A stretch of DNA of 64,000 nt from Candidatus Poribacteria bacterium (GCA_965218095.1 OZ244587.1:2784001-2848000); one strand, 5' to 3'. Shown: positions 42,003 to 54,154, numbered from the stretch's first letter. Program-made: numbers and translations. The notes: a model not told the origin generated them from the sequence alone.

Positions 42003-42383
42003 ATGGTACTCCCACTAGCAAGGTTTCATAGAATTGAATAAATAAGTTGGGTTATTTGGGATTGAACGACGGACGATTTATAGCACGTCACCCGTGGGTG
42101 GGAAATCCCTTTCCCACCCAATCTCGATACATCATGGTGACTTTTCAAACAGGCTCTAAAGATTGTAGTGGCTGCTATAGAAATCTTCCTATTAAGTTGT
42201 GTAACTCTTCCTATTGCTATAGGTGATATGACAACTAAAGCGCGAGTCACGACTTTCTTGGAGGCAAACTCAGAATCTACCTTAGGTTATGGACTCATGG
42301 AAAGGCTCACACATTTCAGAAGTTATACGAAGTTGGGGACCGCCACAGCAAAATGGATTGACCGTTGAAGGAGACTATTAAAT

Positions 42384-43919
42384 ATGCTTGCCAGAGTTTT
42401 GAGCAGTGCTGTAATGGGGATTGACGCTTATATCGTCGAGGTCGAGTTGGATATTTCCGACGGATTGCCCGCTTTTGCGACGGTTGGTCTTCCAGACAGC
42501 GCTGTCAAAGAGAGTCGAGAGCGTGTCACCGCTGCAATTAAGAATTCGGGGTTCTACTTTCCCACTAACCGAATCACAGCGAATCTTGCCCCCGCCGATG
42601 TCCGGAAAGAGGGATCCGCGTTCGATTTGCCGATCGCGTTAGGTGTGATGGCGGCGACCGGACAGATTCGCACTGACAATTTTGAGCGGATGTTGGTCTT
42701 GGGAGAATTAGCGCTTGACGGGAGTGTTCGGTCGGTGCACGGATGCCTCCTGATGGCAACCGTCGCAAAGGAGAATCAGCTCAAGGGTGTTATTCTGCCG
42801 AAGGCGAATGCGAAGGAGGCAGCAGTCATCAATGACTTGGAGGTCTATCCGGTAGAGTCCTTGCAGGAAGCAGTTGAACACTTGAACGGACAGGGCACCA
42901 TCCCTCCCTTCCAATACGATATTCGGGAAGCATTTGACCAACATTCAGAGTACCCCGTTGATTTTGTTGATGTCAAGGGACAAGAGCATGTCAAACGAGC
43001 GATTGAAGTCGCCGCTGCGGGCGGACATAATCTCATCATGATCGGTCCCCCCGGCTCCGGCAAGACTATGATTGCCAAACGCATCCCGACCATTCTGCCG
43101 GATATGACGCTGGAGGAAGCCCTTGAGACAACGAAGATTCACAGCATCATGGGACTGCTGGAAAATGATGTCCCATTGATTGCGACACGTCCTTATCGAT
43201 CTCCCCATCACACAATATCCGATGCCGGACTGATCGGCGGCGGCAAGTTTCCACGCCCCGGCGAAGTGAGTCTCTCCCATCACGGCGTCCTGTTTCTGGA
43301 CGAATTGCCCGAATTCCGCAAGAACGTGCTGGAAGTGATGCGCCAACCGCTCGAGGACGGGCAAGTGGCAATCGCCCGTGCTGCTGCATCCTACACTTAT
43401 CCTGCCAATTTCATGCTCGTTGCGGCGATGAATCCGTGTCCGTGCGGTTTTTTCGGTGATACCAGTCGTGACTGCCGATGTTCACCACAGCAAATCCAAA
43501 ATTACATTTCCCGCATTTCGGGCCCCTTGCTTGACCGAATCGATCTGCAAGTGGAAGTTCCCGCCGTCAAGTACAAGGATCTGGCCAGTGACTTCGCGGG
43601 TGAGCCTTCAACAAGCATCCGTGAACGGGTACAGAGGGCGCGTCACATCCAGCAGGAACGTTTCATGCAGGCGAAAATCTACTGCAATGCCAATATGGAA
43701 TCCCGCCACCTCCGCGAATTTTGCAAAGTTCAGGACGCTGCACAGGAGCTCCTGCGGGTTGCCATCACGCAGTTGGGTCTTAGCGCCCGTGCGTATGATC
43801 GCATCTTGAAAGTTGCGCGGACAATCGCAGATCTTACCGAAAGCCCAACCATAGAGGCGGAGCATGTTTCAGAGGCGATCCAATATCGAAGTTTGGATCG
43901 GAGTTTCTGGAATGGGTAA
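42384..43919 (+). CDS. comM: YifB/ComM Mg-chelatase-like AAA+ ATPase
   Basis: [40 protein letters not shown]. Confidence 0.93.
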   Translation: MLARVLSSAVMGIDAYIVEVELDISDGLPAFATVGLPDSAVKESRERVTAAIKNSGFYFPTNRITANLAPADVRKEGSAFDLPIALGVMAATGQIRTDNFERMLVLGELALDGSVRSVHGCLLMATVAKENQLKGVILPKANAKEAAVINDLEVYPVESLQEAVEHLNGQGTIPPFQYDIREAFDQHSEYPVDFVDVKGQEHVKRAIEVAAAGGHNLIMIGPPGSGKTMIAKRIPTILPDMTLEEALETTKIHSIMGLLENDVPLIATRPYRSPHHTISDAGLIGGGKFPRPGEVSLSHHGVLFLDELPEFRKNVLEVMRQPLEDGQVAIARAAASYTYPANFMLVAAMNPCPCGFFGDTSRDCRCSPQQIQNYISRISGPLLDRIDLQVEVPAVKYKDLASDFAGEPSTSIRERVQRARHIQQERFMQAKIYCNANMESRHLREFCKVQDAAQELLRVAITQLGLSARAYDRILKVARTIADLTESPTIEAEHVSEAIQYRSLDRSFWNG

Positions 43920-43992
43920 AATCGGGGAGTGTGTGGAGGTTGTTCGGTAAGTAGGTGAGGAGGGAAAAGGTTAAAAATAGGCGGGGAAGGGA

Positions 43993-45372
43993 TTACTCAG
44001 TCGGTTCCTCTTTTAGTTTGTATAACAGTCCCCGGCGACTAATTCCTAACAGTTCAGCCGCTTTTGTTCGGTTTCCCTCCGTTAATTCCAATGCGCGACT
44101 GATTAACTGGCTCTCCGTCTGTTCAAGGGCTTCATTAAGGATGCCCTTAAAATCGAAGCGGTTCTCCGGAATGATAACATGCACCTTTGCGTCGGCGAAA
44201 TGAACTTTCTCTGGCAGATCGTCGGGTTGGATAACCTCACTATCGCACATGACAACTGCTTGCTCAATCGCGTTCTGCAATTCTCGGACGTTGCCGGGCC
44301 AATCATAATTCATGAGTAAATCTATCGTATCAGGAGCGATCATTCGGAAAGATCGATCATGCTTCTCAGCATACATAGCAAGAAAGTGTTTGGCGAGTAG
44401 TGGAATATCTTCCCGACGGTGACGCAAAGGCGGCAGGTGGATGGAAACGACATTCAAGCGATAGTAGAGGTCTTCGCGAAAGTCCCCACCCTCAATGGCT
44501 TTCTCAAGGTCTTGGTTTGTTGCAGCGATGATGCGCAGATCCACTTGAATTGGACGGTTATCTCCAATCCGCCGAATCTCCCCTTCCTGAATTGCCCGCA
44601 AGAGCTTGACCTGTAAAGCAGCAGGCAATTCGCTGATTTCGTCCAGAAATAACGTACTTCCAGAAGCCTCTTCAAACAATCCCTTTTTGACCCCTGTCGC
44701 GCCTGTGAAAGCCCCTTTGGCATGGCCAAAAAGCTCGCTCTCCAGAAGTTCGGCAGGGATGGAGCCGCAATTGATTGGGATAGTCGGGCGATGGCGTCGA
44801 GAACTATTATGGTGAATTGCGCGTGCAATTAACTCTTTGCCGGTACCGCTTTCACCGGTAATCAGCACCGTACTTTCCGTATCCGCCACTTTTCGGATGC
44901 GATCAAAAACCGCCTTGATCGGCTGGCTCACTCCAATAATATTGTCAAAGGAATATTCCCGATCCAACTGACGTTTGAGATACTTGTTCTCGGCAATTAA
45001 CTGTTTCTGTTGGATCGCCTTTTCGACGAGAATGAGCAACTCCTCGGCGTTATACAATTTTGTGATATAGTAATACGCCCCCTGCTGCATCGCGGAGACT
45101 GCATTCTCGATAGTCCCGTGCGCCGTGATCATGATGAGCGGGGTATCTGGTTGGGCTTGCTTGAGGACACGCAGCACTTCCATACCATCAATGCGGGGCA
45201 TGCGCAGATCGCAAAGTACCAGATGATAAAGGGACTTGCTTAACATCTCGATGGCTTCGGCGCCGTCCTCGACAGCTTCAACAGTGTAGCCCGCCCGTTC
45301 TAAAATAATTGTGAGCGTTTTGCGCACATGAAGTTCATCGTCAACAACAAGGATTTTACGATTGGCTTCCAT
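43993..45372 (-). CDS. Sigma54-dependent response regulator (NtrC/AtoC family)
   Basis: Receiver domain, GESGTGKE, GAFTGA, WPGNVRELQN, Fis-type HTH. Confidence 0.95.
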   Translation of the reverse strand: MEANRKILVVDDELHVRKTLTIILERAGYTVEAVEDGAEAIEMLSKSLYHLVLCDLRMPRIDGMEVLRVLKQAQPDTPLIMITAHGTIENAVSAMQQGAYYYITKLYNAEELLILVEKAIQQKQLIAENKYLKRQLDREYSFDNIIGVSQPIKAVFDRIRKVADTESTVLITGESGTGKELIARAIHHNSSRRHRPTIPINCGSIPAELLESELFGHAKGAFTGATGVKKGLFEEASGSTLFLDEISELPAALQVKLLRAIQEGEIRRIGDNRPIQVDLRIIAATNQDLEKAIEGGDFREDLYYRLNVVSIHLPPLRHRREDIPLLAKHFLAMYAEKHDRSFRMIAPDTIDLLMNYDWPGNVRELQNAIEQAVVMCDSEVIQPDDLPEKVHFADAKVHVIIPENRFDFKGILNEALEQTESQLISRALELTEGNRTKAAELLGISRRGLLYKLKEEPTE

Positions 45373-46834
45373 CGTCCCCCCCTTCCGTCGCTTCAGCCAT
45401 CGGCAGTGCCTTCAAGTTTCTGACGTTGGGGTATTCAATCGACCAGATCGATTGATCTGCCGGTTCGATTTCAACACTCGATCCAACGAGATCAAGCGCC
45501 TCAGGGGACTTGGGAAGTAACACCGTAAACGTACTGCCCTTCCCTTCTTCGCTCTGAACTTCGATGACCCCGCCATACTTCTCGATTAACCTGGCAGACA
45601 TTGCAAGACCTAGCCCTGTACCGTTAGGCTTCGTTGTGAAAAAGGGATTAAAGATTCGATCACGATCGGCAGTCCTAATTCCGGTACCTGTATCCGTGAC
45701 GCTGATACAGACAAATTGTGACTCCCTCTGAGATTTCACCGTTAATTGCCCACCGTCAGGCATTGCGTCTGCGGCATTCAGAAACAAATTAATCAATACC
45801 TGCTTGAGTCCATCCGCATCGATCTTTACCTGTGGTGAAGCAGCATCGAGTCCCTTTTCCACTGTAATCGCTTTGAACTTCTTTTGTGCTGAAACGAGTG
45901 TGAGGACTTGATCGATTACACCATTGACCTCTACCCATTCGATGTAATCTGCGGTTGGACGGGAGAAATTGAGGAGATGATTAATCAATTCACCGATCCG
46001 CCGTGATTCGCTCTCAACTGCACGCAAGTATTCGACCCGCTCTTCTTCGCTTTCACCCCCCATCAACAGGATTTGTGCATAAGCCGAAATTGATCCGAGC
46101 GGATTGCCAACCTCGTGGGCGATTCCGGAAGCGAGGCGTCCAATCGATGCCAGTTTATCGGCATGGCGGAGCTGCCGTTCAAGAGACTTCCGCTCAGTAA
46201 CATCTCGCCAGATTTGTTGAATCACTTTCGTTTTACTGTATTCGATGATGCTGGCAGAAACCTCAATGTCAATTCGTCTGTCATCTTGACGCACGAAAGT
46301 GAGGTCATCTCGCGTTGCTTCCCCCGTGACTTTGGTGTGCTCAAAGAGCGCTCGCATCTTGTCTCGGTCGCCCTGCGGATATAGCTCCCAGATTCTGAAC
46401 TGACAGAGTTCGTCGTGTGTATACTTGGTTAATTCTGTTGCTTTGGCGTTGGCATCGAGGATTCGAGCTGTTTCGATCTCGACAAAAAGGATCGCATCGC
46501 TCGCCTGATCGATTGCCTGTCGGTACTTTTCCTCCGACGCGGCATGGAGATGCAAGAGTTGGTTGAGATCCTGGTTGGCGAGGTCAAGTTGGCGATTCTG
46601 ATCTATCAGGCGATCTTGTAGTTTTCCGATGAAAAATCCCGAGAGGGTTAACAGGGCGATTGCGCCGAAACCCATGTACAGGTAGGGGTAAAAGTTCGCG
46701 GCAATTTCGGCAGCGATAAAATCGGCGGGTTCACGGGGCGCATCAGCCGTGAAATAACGCACGAGTATGGAGACAGCTGTAGCTGTCACTCCCAGTACCG
46801 CCCCGAGTATTGAATAACGTGTTCGTTTTTTCAT
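45356..46834 (-). CDS. Membrane PAS-domain sensor histidine kinase
   Basis: Two TM helices, PAS, AHEVGNPL H-box, N/G1/F/G2 boxes. Confidence 0.93.
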   Translation of the reverse strand: MKKRTRYSILGAVLGVTATAVSILVRYFTADAPREPADFIAAEIAANFYPYLYMGFGAIALLTLSGFFIGKLQDRLIDQNRQLDLANQDLNQLLHLHAASEEKYRQAIDQASDAILFVEIETARILDANAKATELTKYTHDELCQFRIWELYPQGDRDKMRALFEHTKVTGEATRDDLTFVRQDDRRIDIEVSASIIEYSKTKVIQQIWRDVTERKSLERQLRHADKLASIGRLASGIAHEVGNPLGSISAYAQILLMGGESEEERVEYLRAVESESRRIGELINHLLNFSRPTADYIEWVEVNGVIDQVLTLVSAQKKFKAITVEKGLDAASPQVKIDADGLKQVLINLFLNAADAMPDGGQLTVKSQRESQFVCISVTDTGTGIRTADRDRIFNPFFTTKPNGTGLGLAMSARLIEKYGGVIEVQSEEGKGSTFTVLLPKSPEALDLVGSSVEIEPADQSIWSIEYPNVRNLKALPMAEATEGGDDGSQS

Positions 46835-46884
46835 GGCATCAGTCCGTGAAGCGTGAAACGTGAAAGCTCATCATTTGCTTGTCT

Positions 46885-47268
46885 TCAGTTCCCTCGCTTC
46901 TCATTTCCTTGAGCTAACAGCCTGCGAATAATACGGATGACTGCGGCAACTTGAAACGGTTTCTGGACGACATAGACGGTGCCGACATGCTCTTGCTCAC
47001 AAAGTAAGTCATTCCAGTAGGCGCTCATTAATATGAAGGACAATTCCGGCTTTTCTTGTTGGATCGCCTGTATTAATTCCAATCCATTCATATAAGGCAT
47101 CCGAAAATCCGTAACGACCAAATCTATGTCTTGCGTCCGAATTTTTTCCAGCGCCTCCGCCCCATTCTCTGCGAATATGAGATCATACTCGTCGCCGAGG
47201 ATAATGCCCATAATCTTCCGCATGTGATATTGGTCATCAGCGACTAAAATCTTTGCACGTTTTAACAT
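46885..47268 (-). CDS. Single-domain response regulator
   Basis: ILVADD, TDFRMP, QKPF. Confidence 0.88.
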   Translation of the reverse strand: MLKRAKILVADDQYHMRKIMGIILGDEYDLIFAENGAEALEKIRTQDIDLVVTDFRMPYMNGLELIQAIQQEKPELSFILMSAYWNDLLCEQEHVGTVYVVQKPFQVAAVIRIIRRLLAQGNEKRGN

Positions 47269-47359
47269 ATTTTCCCTCGCTTCAATTTGGTATTTACGAG
47301 TGAGAGCAAACTGTATGCCATTCAATCTGAACCCCAATTACACGGTTCCCGGGCGGAAC

Positions 47360-47458
47360 TGTGAAACCCTGTTCACACCTTAAACGATATTTATGACAGG
47401 AAAAATCGTGCCGGCTGCGATTGCCAGATGAATAGATCAGTGTGAAGGCAGGTTCACA
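47360..47458. promoter_or_regulatory. Two TGTGAA-N6-TTCACA palindromes (putative enhancer/UAS)
   Basis: 47360-47377 TGTGAAaccctgTTCACA; 47441-47458 TGTGAAggcaggTTCACA. Confidence 0.6.
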
Positions 47459-47592
47459 GTCTCTGCACTTGTAATTCACACTTGATAAGGCGCGTTTCAA
47501 TCTCCCTTTATGTAACCCACCCAAGAGAGTGAAGGTAGTTTACTATGACTGTCTTATTTTACAAGACCGCCATCAATTGTCAAGAAAAATGA

Positions 47593-47608
47593 TGGCATAA
47601 AATTTGCT
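47593..47608 (+). promoter_or_regulatory. Sigma54 (-24/-12) promoter of the prkA operon
   Basis: TGGCAT-AAAAT-TTGCT with exact GG-N10-GC spacing. Confidence 0.75.
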
Positions 47609-47698
47609 TGAAAATTAAGAGCAAATTATCTCACAGAACCTCACTTAAAGTATCTGGGCTGACTTGCCGATTTTATATGCGAAAGGGAGGGATCTCAG

Positions 47699-49750
47699 AT
47701 GTCAGAAATTATCGCACAACAAACCGACAACAGCATCATTGCATTCATTCAGCAGATGCAGGATACCAGCGGTTTCAAAGACCTGCATTGGGAAGGTAAT
47801 TTTGAAGCGTATCTGGACATTGTGAAAGCCAACCCGAAGGTAACGAAGTCCGCCTTTGAACGCATCTACGACATGATTCTCTCTTACGGCTCTGAAGAGG
47901 TCACTATCCATAAAGAGAAACTCATCCGCTACCGTTTCTTTGAAGATCCGTTTGATGGCGAAGAAGCTGTCTATGGCTTAGAGAAGCCATTGATGGAGTT
48001 GGTCAATACGTTCAAGTCAGCTGCACAGCAACTCGGCACGGAAAAACGGGTTATCCTGCTACACGGGCCCGTCGGCAGTGCGAAGAGCACCATCGTCCGG
48101 TTGCTCAAAAAAGGACTTGAAGCGTATAGCCATAGGGATGAAGGTGCAATCTACACCTTTGCGTGGAAACAGTCTGACGGTTCTTATCTCGATTGTTCGA
48201 TGCACGAAGAGCCGTTGCACTTAATTCCAAAAGAATTTCGGGGGCAGGTTTTCGCAACCTTGAGTAAGGAGAGCGATTTTGACATCAGGGTTGAAGGCGA
48301 TCTATGTCCTTCGTGCCGCTACTACTACCGCGAAGCCATGCAGGAGAGCAGCGGTAACTGGGCGAAAGCCATGGAAAATGTCAAAGTCAAGCGATTGGTC
48401 TTCTCCGAACAGGATCGGATTGGGATCGGGACGTTCCAGCCGAAGGACGAGAAAAATCAGGACTCCACTGAGCTGACCGGGGACATCAACTATCGCAAAA
48501 TCGCACAGTACGGGTCAGATTCAGATCCACGCGCTTTTAACTTCGATGGTGAATTTAATATCGCCAACCGTGGTATTATTGAGTTTATCGAAGTCCTGAA
48601 GCTTGATGTCGCATTTCTCTATGATCTCTTGGGTGCGTCTCAGGAGCACAAAATCAAGCCGAAAAAGTTTGCGCAGACCGATATTGATGAAGTCATCATT
48701 GGGCACACCAATGAGCCTGAATACAAGAAGCTGCAGAGCAATGAGTTCATGGAAGCGCTGCGCGATCGAACCATTAAGATCGATATTCCCTACCTCACCT
48801 GCCTGTCGGACGAGGTCAAGGTCTACGAAAAGGACTACAACCCGGACAAAGTGCGCGCAAAACACATTGCCCCCCATACCATCGAGATCGCTGCAATGTG
48901 GGCGACCTTGACCCGATTAGAGGAGCCGCAGAAGGCGAATCTCACGCTGATGCAAAAGCTCAGACTTTACGATGGCAAGACCATTCCCAACTACACGGAA
49001 GATAACGTCAAGGAACTCAAAGCGAGCGTTGAACGTGAGGGAATGGAAGGCATCTCTCCTCGATACATTCAGGATAAAATTTCCAATGCGCTTGTGAACG
49101 AGATTAATGAAGGGTGCATCAATCCATTTATGGTGATGAACGAACTGGAATCTGGGTTGGAACACCATTCGCTGCTCACCAACAAGGAGCAGCGGAAACT
49201 GTATCGTGATTTGCTCGCCGTTGTCAAAGCCGAGTTTGAGGACATCGCGAAGAACGAAGTCCAGAAAGCAATCGCTGCAGATGAAGAGGCGATTAGCCGC
49301 CTGTGCGCAAACTACATTGACAACTTACGAGCGTACACGATGCGCCAAAAAGTGAAGAATCCTTACACGGGCGAAGATGAAGAACCCAACGAACAACTGA
49401 TGCGCTCCATTGAGGAAAAGATTGATATTCCAGAGAGCCGCAAAGATGACTTTCGTCGTGAGATGATGAACTACATCGGTGCGCTTGCCATCGAAAACAA
49501 GAAGTTCGACTACACGACGAATGAACGTCTCAGGAAGGCGTTAGAGCTCAAGTTGTTCGAGGATCAGAAGGATTCGATTAAGCTCTCCAGCCTTGTCTCG
49601 CAAGTTATGGACAAAGACACACAGGAGAAAATCGAGGTCGTGAAGAGCCGACTCATCAAGAACTACGGCTACTGCGAGGTTTGCGCAACCGATGTGCTTT
49701 CCTATGTTGCGAGCATTTTTGCGCGTGGCGATGCGAAGGAGCAGGTGTGA
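47699..49750 (+). CDS. prkA: PrkA/YeaG family serine protein kinase (AAA+)
   Basis: [33 protein letters not shown]. Confidence 0.93.
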   Translation: MSEIIAQQTDNSIIAFIQQMQDTSGFKDLHWEGNFEAYLDIVKANPKVTKSAFERIYDMILSYGSEEVTIHKEKLIRYRFFEDPFDGEEAVYGLEKPLMELVNTFKSAAQQLGTEKRVILLHGPVGSAKSTIVRLLKKGLEAYSHRDEGAIYTFAWKQSDGSYLDCSMHEEPLHLIPKEFRGQVFATLSKESDFDIRVEGDLCPSCRYYYREAMQESSGNWAKAMENVKVKRLVFSEQDRIGIGTFQPKDEKNQDSTELTGDINYRKIAQYGSDSDPRAFNFDGEFNIANRGIIEFIEVLKLDVAFLYDLLGASQEHKIKPKKFAQTDIDEVIIGHTNEPEYKKLQSNEFMEALRDRTIKIDIPYLTCLSDEVKVYEKDYNPDKVRAKHIAPHTIEIAAMWATLTRLEEPQKANLTLMQKLRLYDGKTIPNYTEDNVKELKASVEREGMEGISPRYIQDKISNALVNEINEGCINPFMVMNELESGLEHHSLLTNKEQRKLYRDLLAVVKAEFEDIAKNEVQKAIAADEEAISRLCANYIDNLRAYTMRQKVKNPYTGEDEEPNEQLMRSIEEKIDIPESRKDDFRREMMNYIGALAIENKKFDYTTNERLRKALELKLFEDQKDSIKLSSLVSQVMDKDTQEKIEVVKSRLIKNYGYCEVCATDVLSYVASIFARGDAKEQV

Positions 49751-49824
49751 GATGTAAAAGGTGTTAGGATTTAGGCATTAGGATACTTGATCCCTAATGC
49801 CTAAAAAGAGAAAGGACTGACAAC

Positions 49825-50931
49825 ATGGTCCGTCGAATTGAAAGAGATCGGAGCCGTTTCCGGCAGATCGTCCGTAAAAATATCAGGAAAGACCTCCGCA
49901 AATACATCACCCACACCGAGATGATTGGACGGAGGGGCAAAGATCTGGTCAGCATTCCGATGCCCCACATCGAGCTTCCACGCTTCAAGTTTGGATTGAA
50001 GAACACAGGCGGCGTCGGTCAGGGCGAGGGTAGTGTTGGGACGCCGATTGGTTCCGGCCAGCCTGAACCCGGAAGTGGTCAGGCTGGCAACATGCCGGGG
50101 CACCATCTCCTTGAGGTAGATGTCAACCTGGAAGAGCTCGCAGAGCTCTTGGGAGAAGAACTTGAACTCCCCAACATTCAGCCCAAGGGCAAGAAGAATA
50201 TCGTCACCAAATCGGATCGGTACACCGGGATCAGCACGACGGGCCCCAAGAGTTTGCGGCACTTCAAGCGCACCTACCGCGAAGCCCTCAAACGTCAGGT
50301 GATGATGGGCGATTATGATCCTGAGGATCCGGTAATTGTCCCCATCAGAGAGGATGAACGTTTCCGCACCTGGAAGGAGGTCTTGAAGCCGGATAGCAAT
50401 GCCGTCATCTTTTACATGATGGATGTGAGTGGGAGCATGGGCGAGGAACAGAAGGAGATTGTCCGAATTGAAGCGTTTTGGATTGATCTCTGGCTGCGTT
50501 CCCAATATAAAGGCATCGAAACCCGCTATATCATTCATGACGCAGAAGCCCGTGAGGTCGATCAGCACACATTTTATCATACACGCGAAAGTGGTGGGAC
50601 CCGTATCTCTTCAGCGTATGAACTCTTTCATAAGATTATCACGGCGGAGTACGACACTTCAGACTGGAACATTTACGGCTTCCACTTTTCCGACGGGGAC
50701 AACTGGGGCCACATGGATAACGGTTACTGTTTGCGTCTACTCACGGGCAGGATACTTCAGTACTGCAACCTTTTCTGCTATGGACAGGTAGCAAGCGCAT
50801 GGGGGAGTGGCGATTTTCTGTATTTCTTAGACGAGAATTTGCGCCGTGTAGACAACTTCGTCATGTCGCAAATTGATAGCCGCGAAGATATTTACGATTC
50901 GATTAAGGTGTTTCTCGGGAAGGGAAAATGA
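49825..50931 (+). CDS. yeaH: YeaH/YhbH (DUF444) vWA-like protein
   Basis: [31 protein letters not shown]. Confidence 0.92.
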   Translation: MVRRIERDRSRFRQIVRKNIRKDLRKYITHTEMIGRRGKDLVSIPMPHIELPRFKFGLKNTGGVGQGEGSVGTPIGSGQPEPGSGQAGNMPGHHLLEVDVNLEELAELLGEELELPNIQPKGKKNIVTKSDRYTGISTTGPKSLRHFKRTYREALKRQVMMGDYDPEDPVIVPIREDERFRTWKEVLKPDSNAVIFYMMDVSGSMGEEQKEIVRIEAFWIDLWLRSQYKGIETRYIIHDAEAREVDQHTFYHTRESGGTRISSAYELFHKIITAEYDTSDWNIYGFHFSDGDNWGHMDNGYCLRLLTGRILQYCNLFCYGQVASAWGSGDFLYFLDENLRRVDNFVMSQIDSREDIYDSIKVFLGKGK

Positions 50932-51054
50932 GGAAATGGGGAAATTGGAAGGAGAGGAAGGACGAAGGATGGGAAAGTCGTTATACGCAATACACATCAC
51001 ATTTTACGTTTCACGCGATTGTAACATTCCGAAATTGATGCGGGGGCAGAGCAA

Positions 51055-52536
51055 ATGAACCTGACGCCAGAACTGGAAGAAGCGAGAAAACGAATCGAGG
51101 AATATGCGAAGGAATATGGTCTCGATTTTTATGAAACCATTTTCGAGTTCGTTGAATTTGATCAACTCAACGAAGCGGCGGCTTATACCGGTTTTCCAAC
51201 CCGTTACCCGCACTGGCAATTTGGAATGCAGTACGAGTCACTCTCCAAAGGGTATCAATGGGGATTGGAGAAGATCTACGAAATGGTGATCAACAATGAC
51301 CCCTCCTATGCATACTTGATGAATAGCAATAATGTTGTTGATCAGAAGCTCGTGATCGCTCACGTCTACGGTCATGTGGATTTCTTCAAGAATAATCTCT
51401 GGTTTGCCCACACCAACCCCAAGATGATGGACGAAATTGCGAATCACGCAACACGCATTCGTCGCTATGCCGACAAGTACGGCGAGGAAACGGTTGAGGC
51501 GTTTCTGGATTGGTGTCTTTCGATTGAAAACCTGATCGACCCCCATTCGGTTCAGATTAAACGCCGCGATGAGAACTTCAACCTGCACTTTGATGACGAA
51601 GAGGATGAAGAACAGATCGTCCGTAAGCTCCAAAGCAAAGACTATATGGACAAGTTCATCAATCCCTCAGAATTCATCGCGGAGCAAGAGAAGAAACTTG
51701 AGGTCGAAAAACGCAAAGCCAAGAAGTTCCCGGAGAACCCGGAACGCGACATTCTGCTATTTCTGATTGAACACGCCCAACTGGAGAACTGGCAACGCGA
51801 TATTCTCTCGATTGTTCGGGAGGAGAGTTACTATTTCTCACCCCAGGCGATGACGAAGATACTTAATGAAGGATACGCGTCCTTTTGGCATGCGAAAATC
51901 ATGTCAGAGAAAGTGCTGGAAGCCGCTGACGTTGTTGATTACGCCGACCACTTTTCAGGTACTCTTGCAACCGGTACGGGGCGGATCAACCCATACAAAC
52001 TGGGCTACGAACTGCTCAAGGACATCAAAGAGCGATGGGACAAGGGCAAGTTTGGGAAAGAGTACGAAGCGTGTGAGGACTATCAAGCCTTAGAGAATTG
52101 GGACAAAAACCTGGGACTCGGAATGGAGAAGATCTTCGAGGTGCGCAAACTATACAACGATGTCACATTTATCGACGAATTTCTGACCCCCGAATTTGTC
52201 CGTCGTCACAAAATGTTCACCTACGAGTACAACCGTCGCACAGGAATGTACGAGATCGCCAATCGCAGTTTCGAGGAGATCAAGAAGAAACTGCTCTTTA
52301 GCCTGACAAATATGGGACAGCCATTTGTCTGCGCGAGGGACGGTAATTACAAAAACCGCGGTGAGCTTTACCTCACCCACCAGCATGAAGGAATGGATCT
52401 CGACCTGCGCCCCGCCCTGGATACGCTGCGAAATATTCAGCGGATCTGGGGACGTCCAGTTTTCCTGGAAACGGTCGAAAATAGGAATCGCAAACTCTTT
52501 CGCTACAATGGAGAGGTCTTCACCGTGCTGACGTAA
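51055..52536 (+). CDS. spoVR: SpoVR/YcgB family protein
   Basis: RYPHW.FG, YEMVIN, AHVYGHVDFFKNN, TKILNEG.ASFWH, NPYKLG. Confidence 0.93.
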   Translation: MNLTPELEEARKRIEEYAKEYGLDFYETIFEFVEFDQLNEAAAYTGFPTRYPHWQFGMQYESLSKGYQWGLEKIYEMVINNDPSYAYLMNSNNVVDQKLVIAHVYGHVDFFKNNLWFAHTNPKMMDEIANHATRIRRYADKYGEETVEAFLDWCLSIENLIDPHSVQIKRRDENFNLHFDDEEDEEQIVRKLQSKDYMDKFINPSEFIAEQEKKLEVEKRKAKKFPENPERDILLFLIEHAQLENWQRDILSIVREESYYFSPQAMTKILNEGYASFWHAKIMSEKVLEAADVVDYADHFSGTLATGTGRINPYKLGYELLKDIKERWDKGKFGKEYEACEDYQALENWDKNLGLGMEKIFEVRKLYNDVTFIDEFLTPEFVRRHKMFTYEYNRRTGMYEIANRSFEEIKKKLLFSLTNMGQPFVCARDGNYKNRGELYLTHQHEGMDLDLRPALDTLRNIQRIWGRPVFLETVENRNRKLFRYNGEVFTVLT

Positions 52537-52633
52537 CGTGAAGCGTGAAATGTGAGAAATTCACTGGGGATTTTAACCATCCCAATGAAGTATATCTTCA
52601 ATCAGTTATCCAAATGAAAGGGAGGATTCCGTC

Positions 52634-53218
52634 ATGATAAGCCATCGGCTAATCAACCAAATTGATCAACTCCGAGAAGCATTTTCAGCTAAAGATGATA
52701 AAGCACCTATTCTGATCTCGGCACAGTCCGATACGGTACGAATCAGCACACGGCTTGCTGACTGCGATCGCCTGGGGTATCTACTGACCGCTCTGGAAGC
52801 TGAACAGATTGATGCGGATCGAGAGGGCAGCCCAAAGGTTGATCCACGAGAAATCGACGATCAGATCAGTATGCTTGTAGGACGAATCACTTACCTGACA
52901 GAAGGGTTGATCCTTGTCGAAAAAGCGGCGGATCTGAGTCGCGTATTGATACGGAGTGCGAAACCGGAGCAGCGTGCGGACGGCACCTATTACTATGAAT
53001 TGACGCTGGAGCCGGGAAAATCCATCGGCTTGAATCGTCTGTGTTACAATTTTGAAACCCGGCGGCGGACAATTGTGCCGTTTACGCTTTCAAAAGAGGT
53101 CTTTGAGCGACTGGTTGATGAGCTCGAGGAGATTCTTTGCGGAAAAGATAAGGAATTCATAGATGAACTGCCCCAGCGTTTTAAGGAGTCTCCATTAGTC
53201 TGGGACGCTGAATACTAA
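52634..53218 (+). CDS. Hypothetical protein downstream of spoVR
   Basis: GGAGG RBS; stop codon overlaps the next start (TAATG). Confidence 0.75.
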   Translation: MISHRLINQIDQLREAFSAKDDKAPILISAQSDTVRISTRLADCDRLGYLLTALEAEQIDADREGSPKVDPREIDDQISMLVGRITYLTEGLILVEKAADLSRVLIRSAKPEQRADGTYYYELTLEPGKSIGLNRLCYNFETRRRTIVPFTLSKEVFERLVDELEEILCGKDKEFIDELPQRFKESPLVWDAEY

Positions 53219-54105
53219 TGCACATCATCACACGTGACCGAATCGTCTACAGCTTCAGCCGTGACCATCGCCCGGTGCGAGAAATCGATCCAGGCGACAA
53301 GATCTGCTTTGAGACCTACGATGCGCGAACCGGCACAATTCGGAGCGAGGGTGACCTTCTCGATCGCCCCCACCCGCGCGGCGCAAATCCTGCAACGGGT
53401 CCCGTCTTCATGTGTGGCGCAGAACCGGGAGATACCCTTTGCGTCGAGATTATGAATATTCAGCTCGCATCACAGGGATTCATCGCCGTCAAAGCCGGCA
53501 CAGGAAACTTAGGTCATCTCGCAGACCGTTACGTAACGAAACTCATTCGCATTGAAGGCGATACCGCCTACTTCGATGATCGCATCCACTTTCCGGTTCG
53601 CCCGATGATTGGCGTCGTCGGTACTGCGCCCGCAGAAGAAGATGTACCAACGCTCTACCCTGGTCCCCACGGCGGCAACATGGATCACAACGATGTGAAG
53701 GTTGGATCTCGCGTTTACCTGCCTGTGTTTGTGGAGGGCGCGTTGTTTGGTCTCGGGGATGTCCATGCTGCAATGGGCGATGCGGAGGTCTCCATGATAG
53801 GGATCGAAATCTGCGCCGAAGTCACCGTGCGCGTAGAGCTCATCAAGGGCGAAGCGATCTCTCGTCCGTGGATCGAGACAGCGGATTCATGGATTGCCAC
53901 CGGAGACGCCCCAAAACTTGTCGATGCCATCACCATTGCTTGTGAAGAGATGGCGAAATTCCTCCAACGCAAACTCTCCGTTTCTTTCGAGGAGGCTTAC
54001 CTGCTGATGAGCGCCATCGGCGATGTGCGAATCGGTCAATCGTGCGATCCGGATCGCTTTCCCGCCACAATCCGAGTTGTCTTCCCCAAAATTAACGCAA
54101 CCTAA
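53218..54105 (+). CDS. Acetamidase/formamidase family protein
   Basis: NPATGP, GAEPGD, HGGNMD, GDVHAAMGD. Confidence 0.9.
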   Translation: MHIITRDRIVYSFSRDHRPVREIDPGDKICFETYDARTGTIRSEGDLLDRPHPRGANPATGPVFMCGAEPGDTLCVEIMNIQLASQGFIAVKAGTGNLGHLADRYVTKLIRIEGDTAYFDDRIHFPVRPMIGVVGTAPAEEDVPTLYPGPHGGNMDHNDVKVGSRVYLPVFVEGALFGLGDVHAAMGDAEVSMIGIEICAEVTVRVELIKGEAISRPWIETADSWIATGDAPKLVDAITIACEEMAKFLQRKLSVSFEEAYLLMSAIGDVRIGQSCDPDRFPATIRVVFPKINAT

Positions 54106-54154
54106 TCCGCCACCCTATCCTGAAATTCCTTGTCCACACCACCATTCCGTTGTT

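Noticed and set aside
42168-42368. 66-aa ORF upstream of comM
   Set aside because: No RBS or recognisable motif
49801-50580. 259-aa minus-strand ORF and similar long antisense ORFs
   Set aside because: Shadow frames of well-supported genes on the opposite strand
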